From Octopus sinensis (taxonomy: Eukaryota): a stretch of DNA of 64,000 nt. The translations under genes and the position numbers were made by a program. Below, piece by piece: positions 27,618-39,806 of the stretch (positions within the stretch are counted from its first letter, which is position 1; the number at the start of each line of letters is the position of its first letter). The DNA lies in the NCBI RefSeq assembly GCF_006345805.1, contig NC_043001.1:37572001-37636000 (forward strand), read 5' to 3'. A model generated the notes under the pieces. That model ran no database searches. It saw only the letters and a program-made list of their open reading frames with translations, and was not told the origin of the DNA.

Positions 27618-27982
27618 AAAGAAAGTCAGGAGGTATGAGATCAATATATTTATTTCACCAGTTGATATTCATAGGATTTTACATGTCTGCACTAGTGTGT
27701 CGGCTATAAATTGTAGAGTACTATTCTACATTTTGCAAAACTATGCCTCTATAGAAGGCTAGTTCTTCAGACTGAGCTAGCTTTCTATATCTGCATAGTT
27801 TTGTAAAATGTAGAATGGTACAATGCAAATTATAGCAACATATTGGTGTACATATGTAAAATAATTTGTCATACACTAAAATAGGTAATTTTTGTATGAT
27901 GTTGGCTGCAAAATGGCTATCATCCTATGGATATTAGCTGGTGAAATAAACATATTCATCTCCTACTTCTTGACTTTCTTTA
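27618..27982. repeat. older nested inverted-repeat element
   Basis: Diverged outer arms (aaagaaagtcaggaggtatgagat...catagga / tcctatgg...atctcctacttcttgactttcttt) and an inner hairpin at ~27719-27820. Confidence 0.65.
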
Positions 27983-28392
27983 TATTCTGTATAATTCTCA
28001 TGAAATAATTTTCAATGCTTGGATTTACTAGATTTCAACTGCAAAGAACTCTACCTTACATTCCTACATATTAGTTTACCATGTGGTATGTAGCTGGGTC
28101 CAATGAAGGAGCTTTTTTGTGATTACCTCTGGATTATATAAATCCACATATTATATTGATACAATAAATATACACACATATGTGCACACATACATAAATA
28201 TAAAAATACACACACACACATATGTAAATACAAACACACACACACATATACATGTATAGGTATATATAATAAACCTTTACATATATAAATATAAATAACG
28301 TGAAATGCACGAAGGGACGAACATAAGAAACAGACGGGTCATTCAAAGCCTTCGTTCTTCAGTCAGAAACCATACATAAATACATCTATAAA

Positions 28393-28467
<75 letters not shown>

Positions 28468-28630
28468 CACACACACTTATATACATATATATATAAATAC
28501 AAACACACATCATATGCATAGATGCAGACATACATATACACACAAGCACACACACACACATATGTATCTATGCTGCAATTGTTAACTTTATTTTCATGTC
28601 AACTGTCATTGTCTGTAGTAGTAGTAATAA

Positions 28631-28677
<47 letters not shown>

Positions 28678-29027
28678 TAAGAAAGGTAATAGATGAGAAA
28701 GAGAGAGAGAGAGATATGGGCTTGTAATCTTTACAGATAAAATCCCTGATTATTTGGAAAATTGGAATACAGGAAGGAGTGTATGTATATAAAATTAAAG
28801 TTTAGTTAAAGAAAAAATATAAAATTTAAGCTTTTACAGAACAGCTAAGAAATTTGTGGCTGTTTTGTGTCTTTTTTCTTTCTTTCTTTCCTTTTCTTTC
28901 TTTCTGTAATGAGCAAGCAATGAATTGATTCAAATTTACATAATTTATACACACACACATATGTATATGTACATCATATAGATATGTGTGTATATGTGCA
29001 TGTGTGTGTTTGTGTGTGCGTGTATAA

Positions 29028-29070
<43 letters not shown>

Positions 29071-29255
29071 ATATGATAAAAAGACCTATGCGGTCACTTT
29101 TCTCCGAAATTTAACAGCCTTTAGGTTTGGTTGCAATTTCATATATATATATATACATACATACATACATGTAGGTACATATTTGTATATGATGATATAT
29201 AAGTGTATGGCTGTGTGTATGTGTGCTTATATATATATATATATATATATGAGTA

Positions 29256-29310
<55 letters not shown>

Positions 29311-30742
29311 ATATATACTTACATACACACACATATATATGAAAGGGGTTTCAGAAATTGGTTACCTCAGTCAGCACTCCTGTGAAAAAAGGCTAACTGA
29401 GTGCATAGAAATGGGTAGTTTTCCGGAAAGGAAACCATTTCATATAAACTGAAATACCAGGGAGAATTCATTAGTCAGCCTGTAATACCAATAATTTCAA
29501 CTGAGAGCACAGTATGCCATTTCTGTGTTCTCCTTTCCTGTATATACCCACTTCTTAGATGATGATAAAATCTTGTCTTTTTTCCTGCCAACTAAAACCT
29601 TTGTCTTTGCTCAGTTTGCTTTAAAATACTATAAGTTTTGCTTTTACATTTGGAATTTCTTTCCCAATTCTTTGAATAGATTCAATTATGAGGACCATAT
29701 TATTGCCATACAAACAGTTAAACTTAAGCACCTCTGAAATAATCTGAAGAACACTAACAAGGGTGAGAATTGAACCCTTGTATGCTACATCCTTCACTGA
29801 ATTTGTTGTTTTCTCTCACCTTGTCAACACTCTTTCTGTCAATGGTATGAAAGGTTCTTCTAACCCATTTTTTTTTTTCGTAACCAAGCTACAGTGCGCT
29901 TTGATAAAATCTTTACTAGATATCTCATTAGGAATATGGCAACAATGGTATCCTATCCATGTGCAAACTCGATCTGCATCTTATCTATGCAAATTTTCTT
30001 TCCCTCAACCAAATACTGTAGATGCTAATAAGTTCCATCTCTTCATGGTTTCAAATCTATTAGGTACTATTCTGCCATAGAACAAAAACTCTGAGATGTG
30101 TTCAGCTCCAGAACCATCTGGTGTGATAATGTCTTTGCTAGATAGCAGGATGCTGGACTTTATGCCATTTACTTTACACATTTTGTCTGTTTTGTAGATA
30201 TTTTTCAATTCATTAAAGCGAAAAGAGACAACAAGTAAGCCTTACACTTTAGCTTCATCAACTTTAAAGCTGCCTTTGATATGATCTAGTAGAAGGCTTT
30301 ACAGACAATGATGGCAGCAATAGTTGTAGATTCAAACATAGTGAGAATTATTGAAGTGGTGTAGAACAATACTGAGTATCATATGGTCTTAGTTGGTCAG
30401 CTGACAGATTGGCTTGAAGTATCTGTGACTCTGTGACAAGGCTTTGCACTACCAACCTACCCTTTTCAATATATTCATGGGATATACATCATGAAAAAAC
30501 TGAAAGAGTTAGATACAAGTCTGACACTGACTGATGTCTTCTCCATAGATATGTTGATATAACCCTATAAATCATGTTCTTTGAAAAAGAGAATGTATGT
30601 ATGTATGTATTAGTATGTGTATGTATATATATATACATGTGTGTGTATGTATGTGCCTGTGCATTTATGTATATATACATATATATTGGCATGTATATAA
30701 ACATAATCACCTTTAATCATAGGTTATATATAAGCACATGAT

Positions 30743-30832
<90 letters not shown>

Positions 30833-31102
30833 TATAAAGTTATGATTTCAGAGAAATGGTTTTATTTTAATTGAAACCGTATATTTTAGAAATTTGGTAG
30901 GAATAAATCAAAGACACTTTTTCTTTTACACACTTTTTCTGTTGTGTGTTTTTAAATTTCAGTTTAAACCTTATTTAATTATACATGGGTGGGTCAAAAG
31001 AAATAGCAAACATTTATATTTCACTTTTGAATATTTTTGCTTTTTGAATGGTGCAAAACTTGAGTTTAGTTCAGAAGAACTGTTACAACTCAGCTGTAGT
31101 TA

Positions 31103-31108
31103 TTTATT
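31103..31108 (-). promoter_or_regulatory. candidate polyadenylation signal AATAAA for TMEM117
   Basis: tttatt on the + strand, about 300 nt past the stop codon; the AT-rich background makes a chance match likely. Confidence 0.3.
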
Positions 31109-31412
31109 TTGAGCAGCCCCAAACTGATTGAATAGAATAATTAAACAATTAAACCAGTGATAGAAATAGATGTAAGCTACATAAGTATATAGCATATAAA
31201 GACTTCTCAATTTCCAAGTTTGTATGATTTTTTATGTAAATTTTTATATTAAGGGACATACTTATTAGTTACTTATCATTATTCAGAATTTATCAATTAA
31301 ATGCATGGGTTTCAAGTCATCCCTTACAAACTCCTGCCACAGCTGAACATAAATCCTGGATATAATTTTATGTGTATACTTATGTCACCACACATGCATT
31401 TCCATCGCTGGT

Positions 31413-31912
31413 TTAAACTTCAGTTTTAGAAATTCCTTTAAATACCACAAATGTTGTATCTGATTCTGGTGAAGTTCTTTTGCTTTTTCTGAAAAATGAG
31501 AAACGCTTCCGTTTTCTTTTTTTCAATCTTCCAGCATAAGGATCTTCTTTGGTAGGTTTGAAGCGCCCAAAAACACTGACAGTCACACCAAGTGCCACAA
31601 AAGCCAAGATGCATGGAATAAAAGCCATACTCTTGATTGCCATAGAGTAATTCATAAATCTTGAATTCATAACAGGATCCTCCATCACAAAAGTCTTATT
31701 AGTTTCCGGGTTTATCGTGCTGTTTCGCCATTCAAATGATACCATTGATTCATTGTGGATGCCAAGCTGTTGTGTAGAGAGTACTGTGTAGATACGGTTA
31801 TCAGCACCAACATATTGACCATAGTCATACGGCTTGTAAAACAGTTGATTTTTCCACATATTCAAATCAAGTATGATAACACAAAAGAGAATTCCATAGT
31901 TGAACCATTTGC
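31413..31912 (-). CDS. TMEM117: TMEM117 terminal coding exon 5
   Basis: ttccag|GC AAA TGG TTC AAC; GKWFNYGILFCVIILDLNMWKNQLFYKPYDYGQY...NSRF...AFIP...FGRF, stop TAA at 31415-31413. Summed CDS 553+236+258+121+500 = 1668 nt = 555 aa plus stop. Confidence 0.95.
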
Positions 31913-33576
31913 CTGGAACAGATGCATAAATCAATAAAAAAAAAATCCCAAAGGATAAAAAGGAAAACTTTTTTTAAACATAAATTAACATTAAAGAAAT
32001 ACGAAAATATGTATGTGTTCTGATTTGCTGATTTATACTAAGTGAAGTTAGATGAAATAACTCACTATGTTTGGGCATTAGTATAATGATCTTATGATTC
32101 TCACTTGAAGAGAAAAACATCCAGTTCTATCCTGTGCTACATTCACTGCTTCATTTCATACATAACTCTACTGTTGTAAATATATCATATTACGTTGATA
32201 AGTAAGAAATTCTAAAGATACCTTATGCTAGAAATAATAGTTAAATCGTCCTCATATTACACCCTATCTTAAATATAGGCATGTATAATGGAAGAAAGGT
32301 TTTTATGATACATTTGGGGTATCTCCTTCTTCCATTATAATTATTCTGTTGATTTAAGAAGCTGGAGATACAATGCATGAAGTTCTCAGGAGGAGTAAAT
32401 TCAATAACTGTTTATTCACAGGTGCTTCGTACAAGGGGTTTGCTTTCAGTAAGCATCTTCACAGTAGTGTGTAGTTAGCCTTCTCTTCCATACATGTGAG
32501 GTTCAATAACCTCTGGAGACAATACAATGTGGTGTCACAGCAGGACAAAAGTCTGCTGTAAGCTCCTGGCTTCTCGTGTCGGTGTGAGAAGAATGAGAGG
32601 GAAAATGTTGTTGTCTTTTCCTTAAATAATGGTTGCAGGTGAGATGTCGTTTTTGTCTTGCGTATGGCAATGGTTGCAGGCAAGATCTTGCTGTTTCAAA
32701 ATGGTGCTGGCTTCTTTGTGCCTCACTACAGGGGCTTCTCCTTGAGAACGCCAGTGTGAAAATAGAGAATAACTGGAGTAGGCACAAGAAAAGAGCAAAG
32801 ATGGTAACCGATCGCAAACTACCAACAAAGATGGTAACTGATCTCAAACCACCTCATGAGCTGGTTAGTCTCATGTCAATTGCACTTACGTATATTTAAT
32901 TCACTTGTCCCCCCTCCTTTTATCACTCATTGTGCCCACCTTCCATCTTGCAATAACCACTTTTCCCAGTGTTCTCAAACTCCCTCCCTGTAAATGTTTT
33001 TCCTGCAGCTTTCAACTTGAACTATTCAAGAGGAACATTAACTGTGTCTGTTTCATTTGTCTCAGAATATCATTGATATCAATGACCACAACCCTTTCTT
33101 CTAAACCAAACAATAAAAGAAGAAAATTAAAACAACAAATATCAAGCAAAAAACTTCACAGATGATACTGGGAATTTGTGTTCGGGGTTATAAATTAGAA
33201 TTTTTAGTTTTGGCATCTTAACCTTTGAGTTATGGAATGATGATGCGGTTTTTTTCTTTTCAAATCTGAAAGTTCCTCAGTATCTCTTTAATAGAGTCTA
33301 TAATAAGAACCATGTCATCAGCAAGCATAAGTTCCTAAGCCCATCTATTCCTGAAATTCTGTGCTGTTAGCTAAATAATTGTTTGATAGAAGGAGCTGGA
33401 AAGGAAACTCTATTGAACATATATCTGAACATAAATTTTTTCCCTGAGGTCACTGAAAATCATAAGCATGTATATAGTTTGAATGTCTATCTCAACCCAT
33501 TCATTTTCATCTTAGTCTCTACTATAGAAATGTAACCTTGTGAGAGACTGTAAATCAACACATGCAAGTTCACCTA

Positions 33577-34418
33577 CATGGTCTGATCAATAAGTATCTG
33601 GACTGTTGCCATAGTAACAAAGCTAAAGCACACAGAGTGAAGCCACTTGGCATAGATTAATCTTGAGATCTTCAGTGCATCCACACAAAATTTTTATGTT
33701 CTAGCTCACTTCTGTTGTTTAGAGCAGTGCTTGGAAGGAAGGTGTGTAGTGTGTGATTGTTGCTTTGACTATGACAGAGAAAAGTTGATCAGAGAATCTG
33801 CATCAAATTTTTGCTAAAAGCTTGGCGATATTTGCTCAGAGTTTTCATCATTCTTGACAATCAAGGAGATCTTGTGCAACTGAAACCCGAGTGAATTTTG
33901 GCCGGCTGAAAGCTGTTTTGGCACAAACTTGGCAGACATGTGTCTGATACCCAAATCTTCAGTGATAATGGACTGAACTGAATTGTAACTAATCTGCACA
34001 TCCTCTGATAACTCACGGACGGTGATCTGATGATTTTCCCTCACAGCTGCATGCACATCTGCAATGTTTTCCTCAGTTCTGCTAATTGGGGGTCTCCCAG
34101 AATGTTTGTCCCAGAAAGGCCATCTTGGAAATGTCTGAACCATTCGTACACTCCTCTCCATACACTTTCTGCAACTTTGCATAGGCCTCTGAGTAGGTAT
34201 CTCCATGACAAATTTCTCTGTCATGGTCAATGCAATGATCACATGTTACACACCTTCCTTCCAAGCACAGCTGTAAACAGTGGAAGTGAGCTAGAACGTT
34301 ACAACTTAGTGTGCATGCACAGCAGAGGTCAAGGTCAATATTTACCAAGTGGCTTCAATTTGTGTGCTTTAGCTTCATTACTATGACAACAGTCCGGATA
34401 TTTATTGATCAAACTTTG
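33577..34418. mobile_element. mariner-derived foldback element (two inverted 5' halves) in a TMEM117 intron
   Basis: TA-flanked ends (catggtctgatcaataagtatctggactgttg / caacagtccggatatttattgatcaaactttg) with more than 200 bp diverged arms. Minus-strand ORF has HSGRPPISRTEENI...ITVRELSEDVQIS...LGIRHMSAKFVPKQL (mariner HTH and WVPHEL-like motif). Confidence 0.88.
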
Positions 34419-35421
34419 TATGTGTTCTGGGCCTTTGTGGTTTTCTATTCCAGTGTAAATCTGAACTATATCAGTTTGAGGCTTTAGTAATTACTCCTCA
34501 TGGGTACATCATCTCTGTCCTTGTCACAGATTATGTTGCTGTTGCTATGCAAAAAAGTGTAGAATAACACATTCTTTAATGACTTACTTAACAAAGTGAG
34601 TAATTAGTATAATGACTTCAAACCCTAATTCTTTCACTGTCTCATGGAATTGTAACTTTTTCTATCTTTAGCTCCTTAATTACTTGACCAAAATTAACCT
34701 CAGTAGTAGATCCCTAGAATTTTACTATTCCACTTATACTCCATATTCATCAAACTCACAAGGTGACAGAAAGTTTGATGAATTTGGAGTTTTCTTTCCA
34801 TTGTCACTGAGAGCAGTACATCAGTGTCATTTCTGACAAACATATCTCCAAAATTATTCTATATGATTGCACTGAAATACTTTATGCTTCTTATTTTCAT
34901 ATCATAAAACATTTATAACCCTACTACACAGTAGGACCTTTAAATTAGTGGCAGAGAAGATAAGCTAAGGTGATATGTTGGCAAGTAGAAAATGGTCAGA
35001 TCAACCTGCAATCAAAGACAGACTTTCTGACACTTCAAATTTACACATGCATAAAATAGAAAACAATTATCACTTGCAATATCTTTTAAATAGACATGGC
35101 ATGAACATGAGTGGAGTGAGAAAGCATGCAATAGACCAGTGATTTGTAGGTAGGTGGACGGACAGACAGATAGGTAGTTGGAGCAGGGGACAAAGGCAAA
35201 TACAGCTTACTTTAACCAAAGCTGAAGTAGCCATTTCAGTGTGTATGTAATCATGCATATTGTGTGTGTGTGTGTGGTGTGTGTGTGTGTGTGTGTGCGT
35301 ACCTGCATGTGCAGGCATGTGATGGGAGGTAAGATATATAAAACAATCATGGATACAGACATTTTTATAAAATTGCCTGGAATTAATAGAATAGCAAAAA
35401 AAAAAAAACAGACTGAATTAC

Positions 35422-35542
35422 CAGTGATATGGATGTGCCAATTTTCACTAATGAATTTGGGAGCATAGAATCTAAACTCAGGCCGATTCATTCCAGGAAG
35501 TTTGATTTCCAAGTTATTTATGAAGTGGGGAAAATCCCAGTC
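35422..35542 (-). CDS. TMEM117: TMEM117 coding exon 4
   Basis: tatttag|GAC TGG GAT TTT CCC CAC TTC ... ATC ACT G|gtaatt; 121 nt, phase 0 to 1. DWDFPHFINNLEIKLPG...HIHITG matches DWEFPHFMGDVDVNLPG...IHITG. Confidence 0.95.
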
Positions 35543-37345
35543 CTAAATAAAAAAGGAAAAGAAGAGAAAAGAAAAATCTACAAGTTATATAGAACTGAGG
35601 GAATAATACTAGTGACAGGATAATTGATAAAAAGGCTACTAACACAATTTATACAGGTTGAAAATGAAATATCTCAAAGACTGTGTCATTATTATATATA
35701 GATTCAGAGCAGTATTTATGTTACATCTTTTTTTATTTTTAGTTCATTTAAGATAAAATGTCTTGCAGTATTTGCTTACAATTTTTGTATACATTTTGAG
35801 TTCAAATCTACCTGACTTTGCATTTCATCCTTCTAAAGTTGATAAAAAAATGTCAGTGAAATTCTACTAGTCTATTTAATCATCTATACCCCTCTCCTAT
35901 AAATCTGTCATTTTATACTATTGTAAGAAGCCAATATAAATATCTAGAGAGACAAGTCTTGGGTATTAGTATAGATGTGAAGAGTCTGACTAGATGTTTT
36001 GAACTATCTAATCTTGTGCTTTGAGTTGTTGAGTTCAAATCCTATTGGGATTAAGTTTACTTCTTTGTTTCTTTAGAGTTGGTAAAGACAGCTGCAGGAG
36101 AAATACCTAGCCAAAGATAAAGAATATTAATATATAAGGATTGATTCAATCAATGAAACTCTTTTACATAAAAGAGCTCAGGCCTGCTTAACAGAAATTA
36201 ATGTTCTACTATAAAACATTACCAGAGTAATATATCTTTTTACTTGATAAAAGAACACTTTCCTCAGTTGTACAAATATATATAAATAGATTGAAGCAAT
36301 ATATTACTGATACTTAATTCATGGAATCTATAAGAATCAAGGAAAGACCAAAACCAAGTAAGGCTATAACATAAAATTGTAAGGTACAAAACCAGATACA
36401 ATGAAGAATTTAGTTCAGCCAATCAACTTTAGTAATATCTTTACCGCTTTATTTCCAGTTATGCTGACATTGCTAATTACTTTGAGAATTTTATTTTCTT
36501 GTTGGATGAATCAATAGTACAATTAAATTAAATTACTAATAAGGCTATAGTTTTTATTGAGGAAATAGTTATATGTGTGTGTCTTGTGGAGATGGGGACT
36601 GACTGGGACACTGATCGACAGGTCACCCAAAAGGACAGGGAATATACCAACAAATGGTGAATGCAGCAAGGCACTGCAATGGCACATGCCCCTTGCAGCT
36701 GACCTGAACTGTGTGTGTGTGTGTATTTGCATATGCCTATGTGTTTATGTCTAAAACAAATTCATTAGACACAGAAGTTATTCTGATAAGTCACCAAGTG
36801 CATCAGTGTCGAGAAGATATATTATTGAGTGAATCAATAGTGTAATGGGTAAAAGGATAAAGACCCACTTCGGTCATGAATGACCATGGGATTGCACTTA
36901 GAAAGTTATCTTCCAAGGCGCAAGTCCAGGCAAAGTTGTCTATGGAAGACCAGCAGTCACTCATGTACAACAACCTCCCTTCTCCACACTACTAATGTTA
37001 TCCAAGAGAAAGGCAAAGGTCAATACAATTTAGCACCAGTAAATCGAAACTCATTTCTACAGCTGAATAAACTGGAATAACACGAAATAAAGTGTTTTGC
37101 TGAAGAACACAACACACATCCTGGTTTAGGAATCGAACTCACTAACTCATGATTGTGAGCCTAACACTCTATCTACACTAGTAAGATGAAAAACAAAGTC
37201 AGCTACTACAAAATTTGAATACAAAATATTATAGAAGGCTGAAAGTAAATGTTTTGCAGTATTTAATCCATTGTTAAATAGTTCAAAGTGACTTGCTGTC
37301 TTATAACAAGTAATTATCTAAGTTCAAAACAAAATGTTAACAAAC

Positions 37346-37603
37346 CTGTGTAACAATGATAATATCCATAACTAAAATAAAAGAAGCACCAAAGGATCGA
37401 GTGAGTTCATTTGATGGAAGAAATCCATGGTTCAGACGATCCCAGTTGATGTAATCTGTAGCTATAATAAACACAACTATGAATGTAGTAGCACTCATTG
37501 ATGTCCAAAATAGTACAATGCGATGAAAGCCTTCTTTCCACCATTTCCTGATGTTGTGGGCCCAGTGTGGGTAGAGCTTCTCCTGTAACATAATGTCTGT
37601 TAC
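37346..37603 (-). CDS. TMEM117: TMEM117 coding exon 3
   Basis: ttatcag|GTA ACA GAC ... ACA CAG|gtttgt; 258 nt, phase 0-0. VTDIMLQEKLYPHW...WDRLNHGFLPSNELTRSFGASFILVMDIIIVTQ matches VTDMMLQDKPYPDW...WDKLNRGFLPSDEVSRAFLASFILVFDLLIVMQ. Confidence 0.95.
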
Positions 37604-38679
37604 CTGATAAGAATAGCAGAATAAACAATACAATTAAAGTCATTTATTAAAAAAAAAAAATTAGTAAATACTAATTTAATGCTTTACAATGGACTCCTGG
37701 TAAACCTTAAACCAAAACAACATAGGTTAGAGGCTAAGTTAGGCCACATGGCTTAAACAATGATGCTATGGGATATAGTAGATTTTTGAATAATTTAAAT
37801 TTATGTTTTAGTATTTCTATTTTTAATTATCAATTATGAATAGAGGAGAGAGAAGAAATTATTTTTCATGATTCCGAGTAAGAAAAGAATACTAACATTT
37901 TGAGCAGAATTCATTGGTGAGGAGAGATGAAATACAGATTGACTGTGCAGGATAAATAGATTAGAAGAATCGAGAGTGTAGGAAAATTATTATAACAGTG
38001 AAGAATAAAGGAGGAGGAGGAGGAAATAGTAATGAGTATTAGTGAAGTGGAAGAATAGTCGAAGTAAAGAACAGACAATAAATATAAGGATAATGAAATG
38101 ACCATCCCCAAGGTAGCAATATAGCAAAAGCTAAGTTATTTAGGATAGTATAAATGTTAAGAGTTATTTTTATTTTTTTAGTCAAAAGAAGGTGAGTTTT
38201 GTTCGATGTATGGGATAATACCATAATGTTGAAATTGATGTTTTCAGAAAACCGAAGAAAAACAGGCAAGTAGGAAGCTACAGAGAAAACTGCAGTTCTG
38301 GGTAGGAAGTTTGAACATTGTGCTTAGGAATGGAGATACAATGGGAATGACTAGAAGAGGAAAAGTTAAGTGAACTTGGTTTGTAAAGTTGATATACAGT
38401 TTGTTAGTTCAGAAAAGCAGAAATCTTTTCACATGTGCACATGGGGAGAGAGAGAGAGAGGGAGAGAAGGAGAGAGGGAGAGGAGAGAGAACAATAGTAA
38501 TGAATGAATAAATAAGATAATCAATGTTTTTCAAATTATAGAAAAGCTATGGATAATATTTGAATTTTAAAGCAATTGATTATACATAGAGACAGCAAAC
38601 AACATTAGCAACCAGTAAGAAAGTATAATTTAAAAAAAAAAAAAAAAAATCAAATTGATAAAGAAAAATGGAAGTATAC

Positions 38680-38915
38680 CATCCAAGCAGTGAAGAAGTC
38701 ACCACACCAGGTCCCACAAGCAGCTCCTTTCATAAAGAAGCCATTGGTAATACCCATTGCTGTTGTGATGATATATTCTTGGGCCTCCTCTCCAGCAATA
38801 TAAAGGCAACCATTGTAAATGTAGGAAAAGATAAGCAAACACACCAATACTGTCATAAACATGGTCATCCAAGAACCATGTGACTTTTGAAACATCTTCA
38901 GTTTAAAATAGCGTT
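38680..38915 (-). CDS. TMEM117: TMEM117 coding exon 2
   Basis: tttag|AA CGC ... TGG ATG|gtatac; 236 nt, phase 1 to 0. RYFKLKMFQKSHGSWMTMF...MKGAACGTWCGDFFTAWM matches TMEM117 LKMFREDHGSWMTMF...GTWMGDFVTAWM. Confidence 0.95.
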
Positions 38916-39775
38916 CTAAAACAAAACAAAAAAACAATATATATAATATATGAATGTATACAGTAGAGCTACATAGTGAAACATACCTAAACTCAATATA
39001 TCATCATCATCACCATCATCGTCATCATCATCATCATTTTTACGTCTGTTTTCCATGCTGGCATGGGTTGGACAGTTTGACAGTAGCTGACCAGCTGAAG
39101 GGCTGTTCATGTTCTCTGTCCATTTTGGCATGGTTTCTACAGCTGGATGCCCTTCCTAGTGTCAACCACTTTACAGAATGTACTGGGTGCTTTTACTCAG
39201 TACTGGCACAGGTGCTTTTTATGTAGCATCAGCACCTATGAGCCTGCGAGCTTAGGGATGCTCAGCTGGTGAGGATTACAGGGGCTGAGCCTATATGCAA
39301 GGACAACCATACTTTTACTTAGCTTCATGTGTCATTTCAAGCACAGCAAACCACCAGGAGCCTCAGTCCCCTGTCATCCCCTCTGTAAGTTCAAACATTA
39401 ATAAATATATATATATATAAGTATAGAATGGAGTAAGTGGAGCAAGGGCAGACACAAAAACAAAAAGTGTCACTGAAGAGGTCACAGATGTGTGACAAAA
39501 GATTTCTGGACAATGAAAGCCATACAGGCTTTCCTATCTCCACTCCATCACACTTCTATTTCAAACTTTGTTACACTCACTTTCTTTCTCCTCTATTCTA
39601 TTCTTATTTGATAACCAGACAATACTTATTTGCATACTGATGTATATAAGGGCCTGCATTTTTCTTTGTGTTGTAGTTCATATAATATAGATGAAGTTGG
39701 ACAGCTATACTATGTTGTGTAATAGGGCTTTCAGGCTTTTGTAATTAGAGGTGGATGTTTCCTGAAACATGTGTA

Positions 39776-39806
<31 letters not shown>

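Noticed and set aside
28295-28375. Minus-strand CTGAAGA followed by an acgaagg/ccttcgt stem
   Set aside because: No GAAA box or GUH site at the required positions, so it is not counted as a hammerhead.
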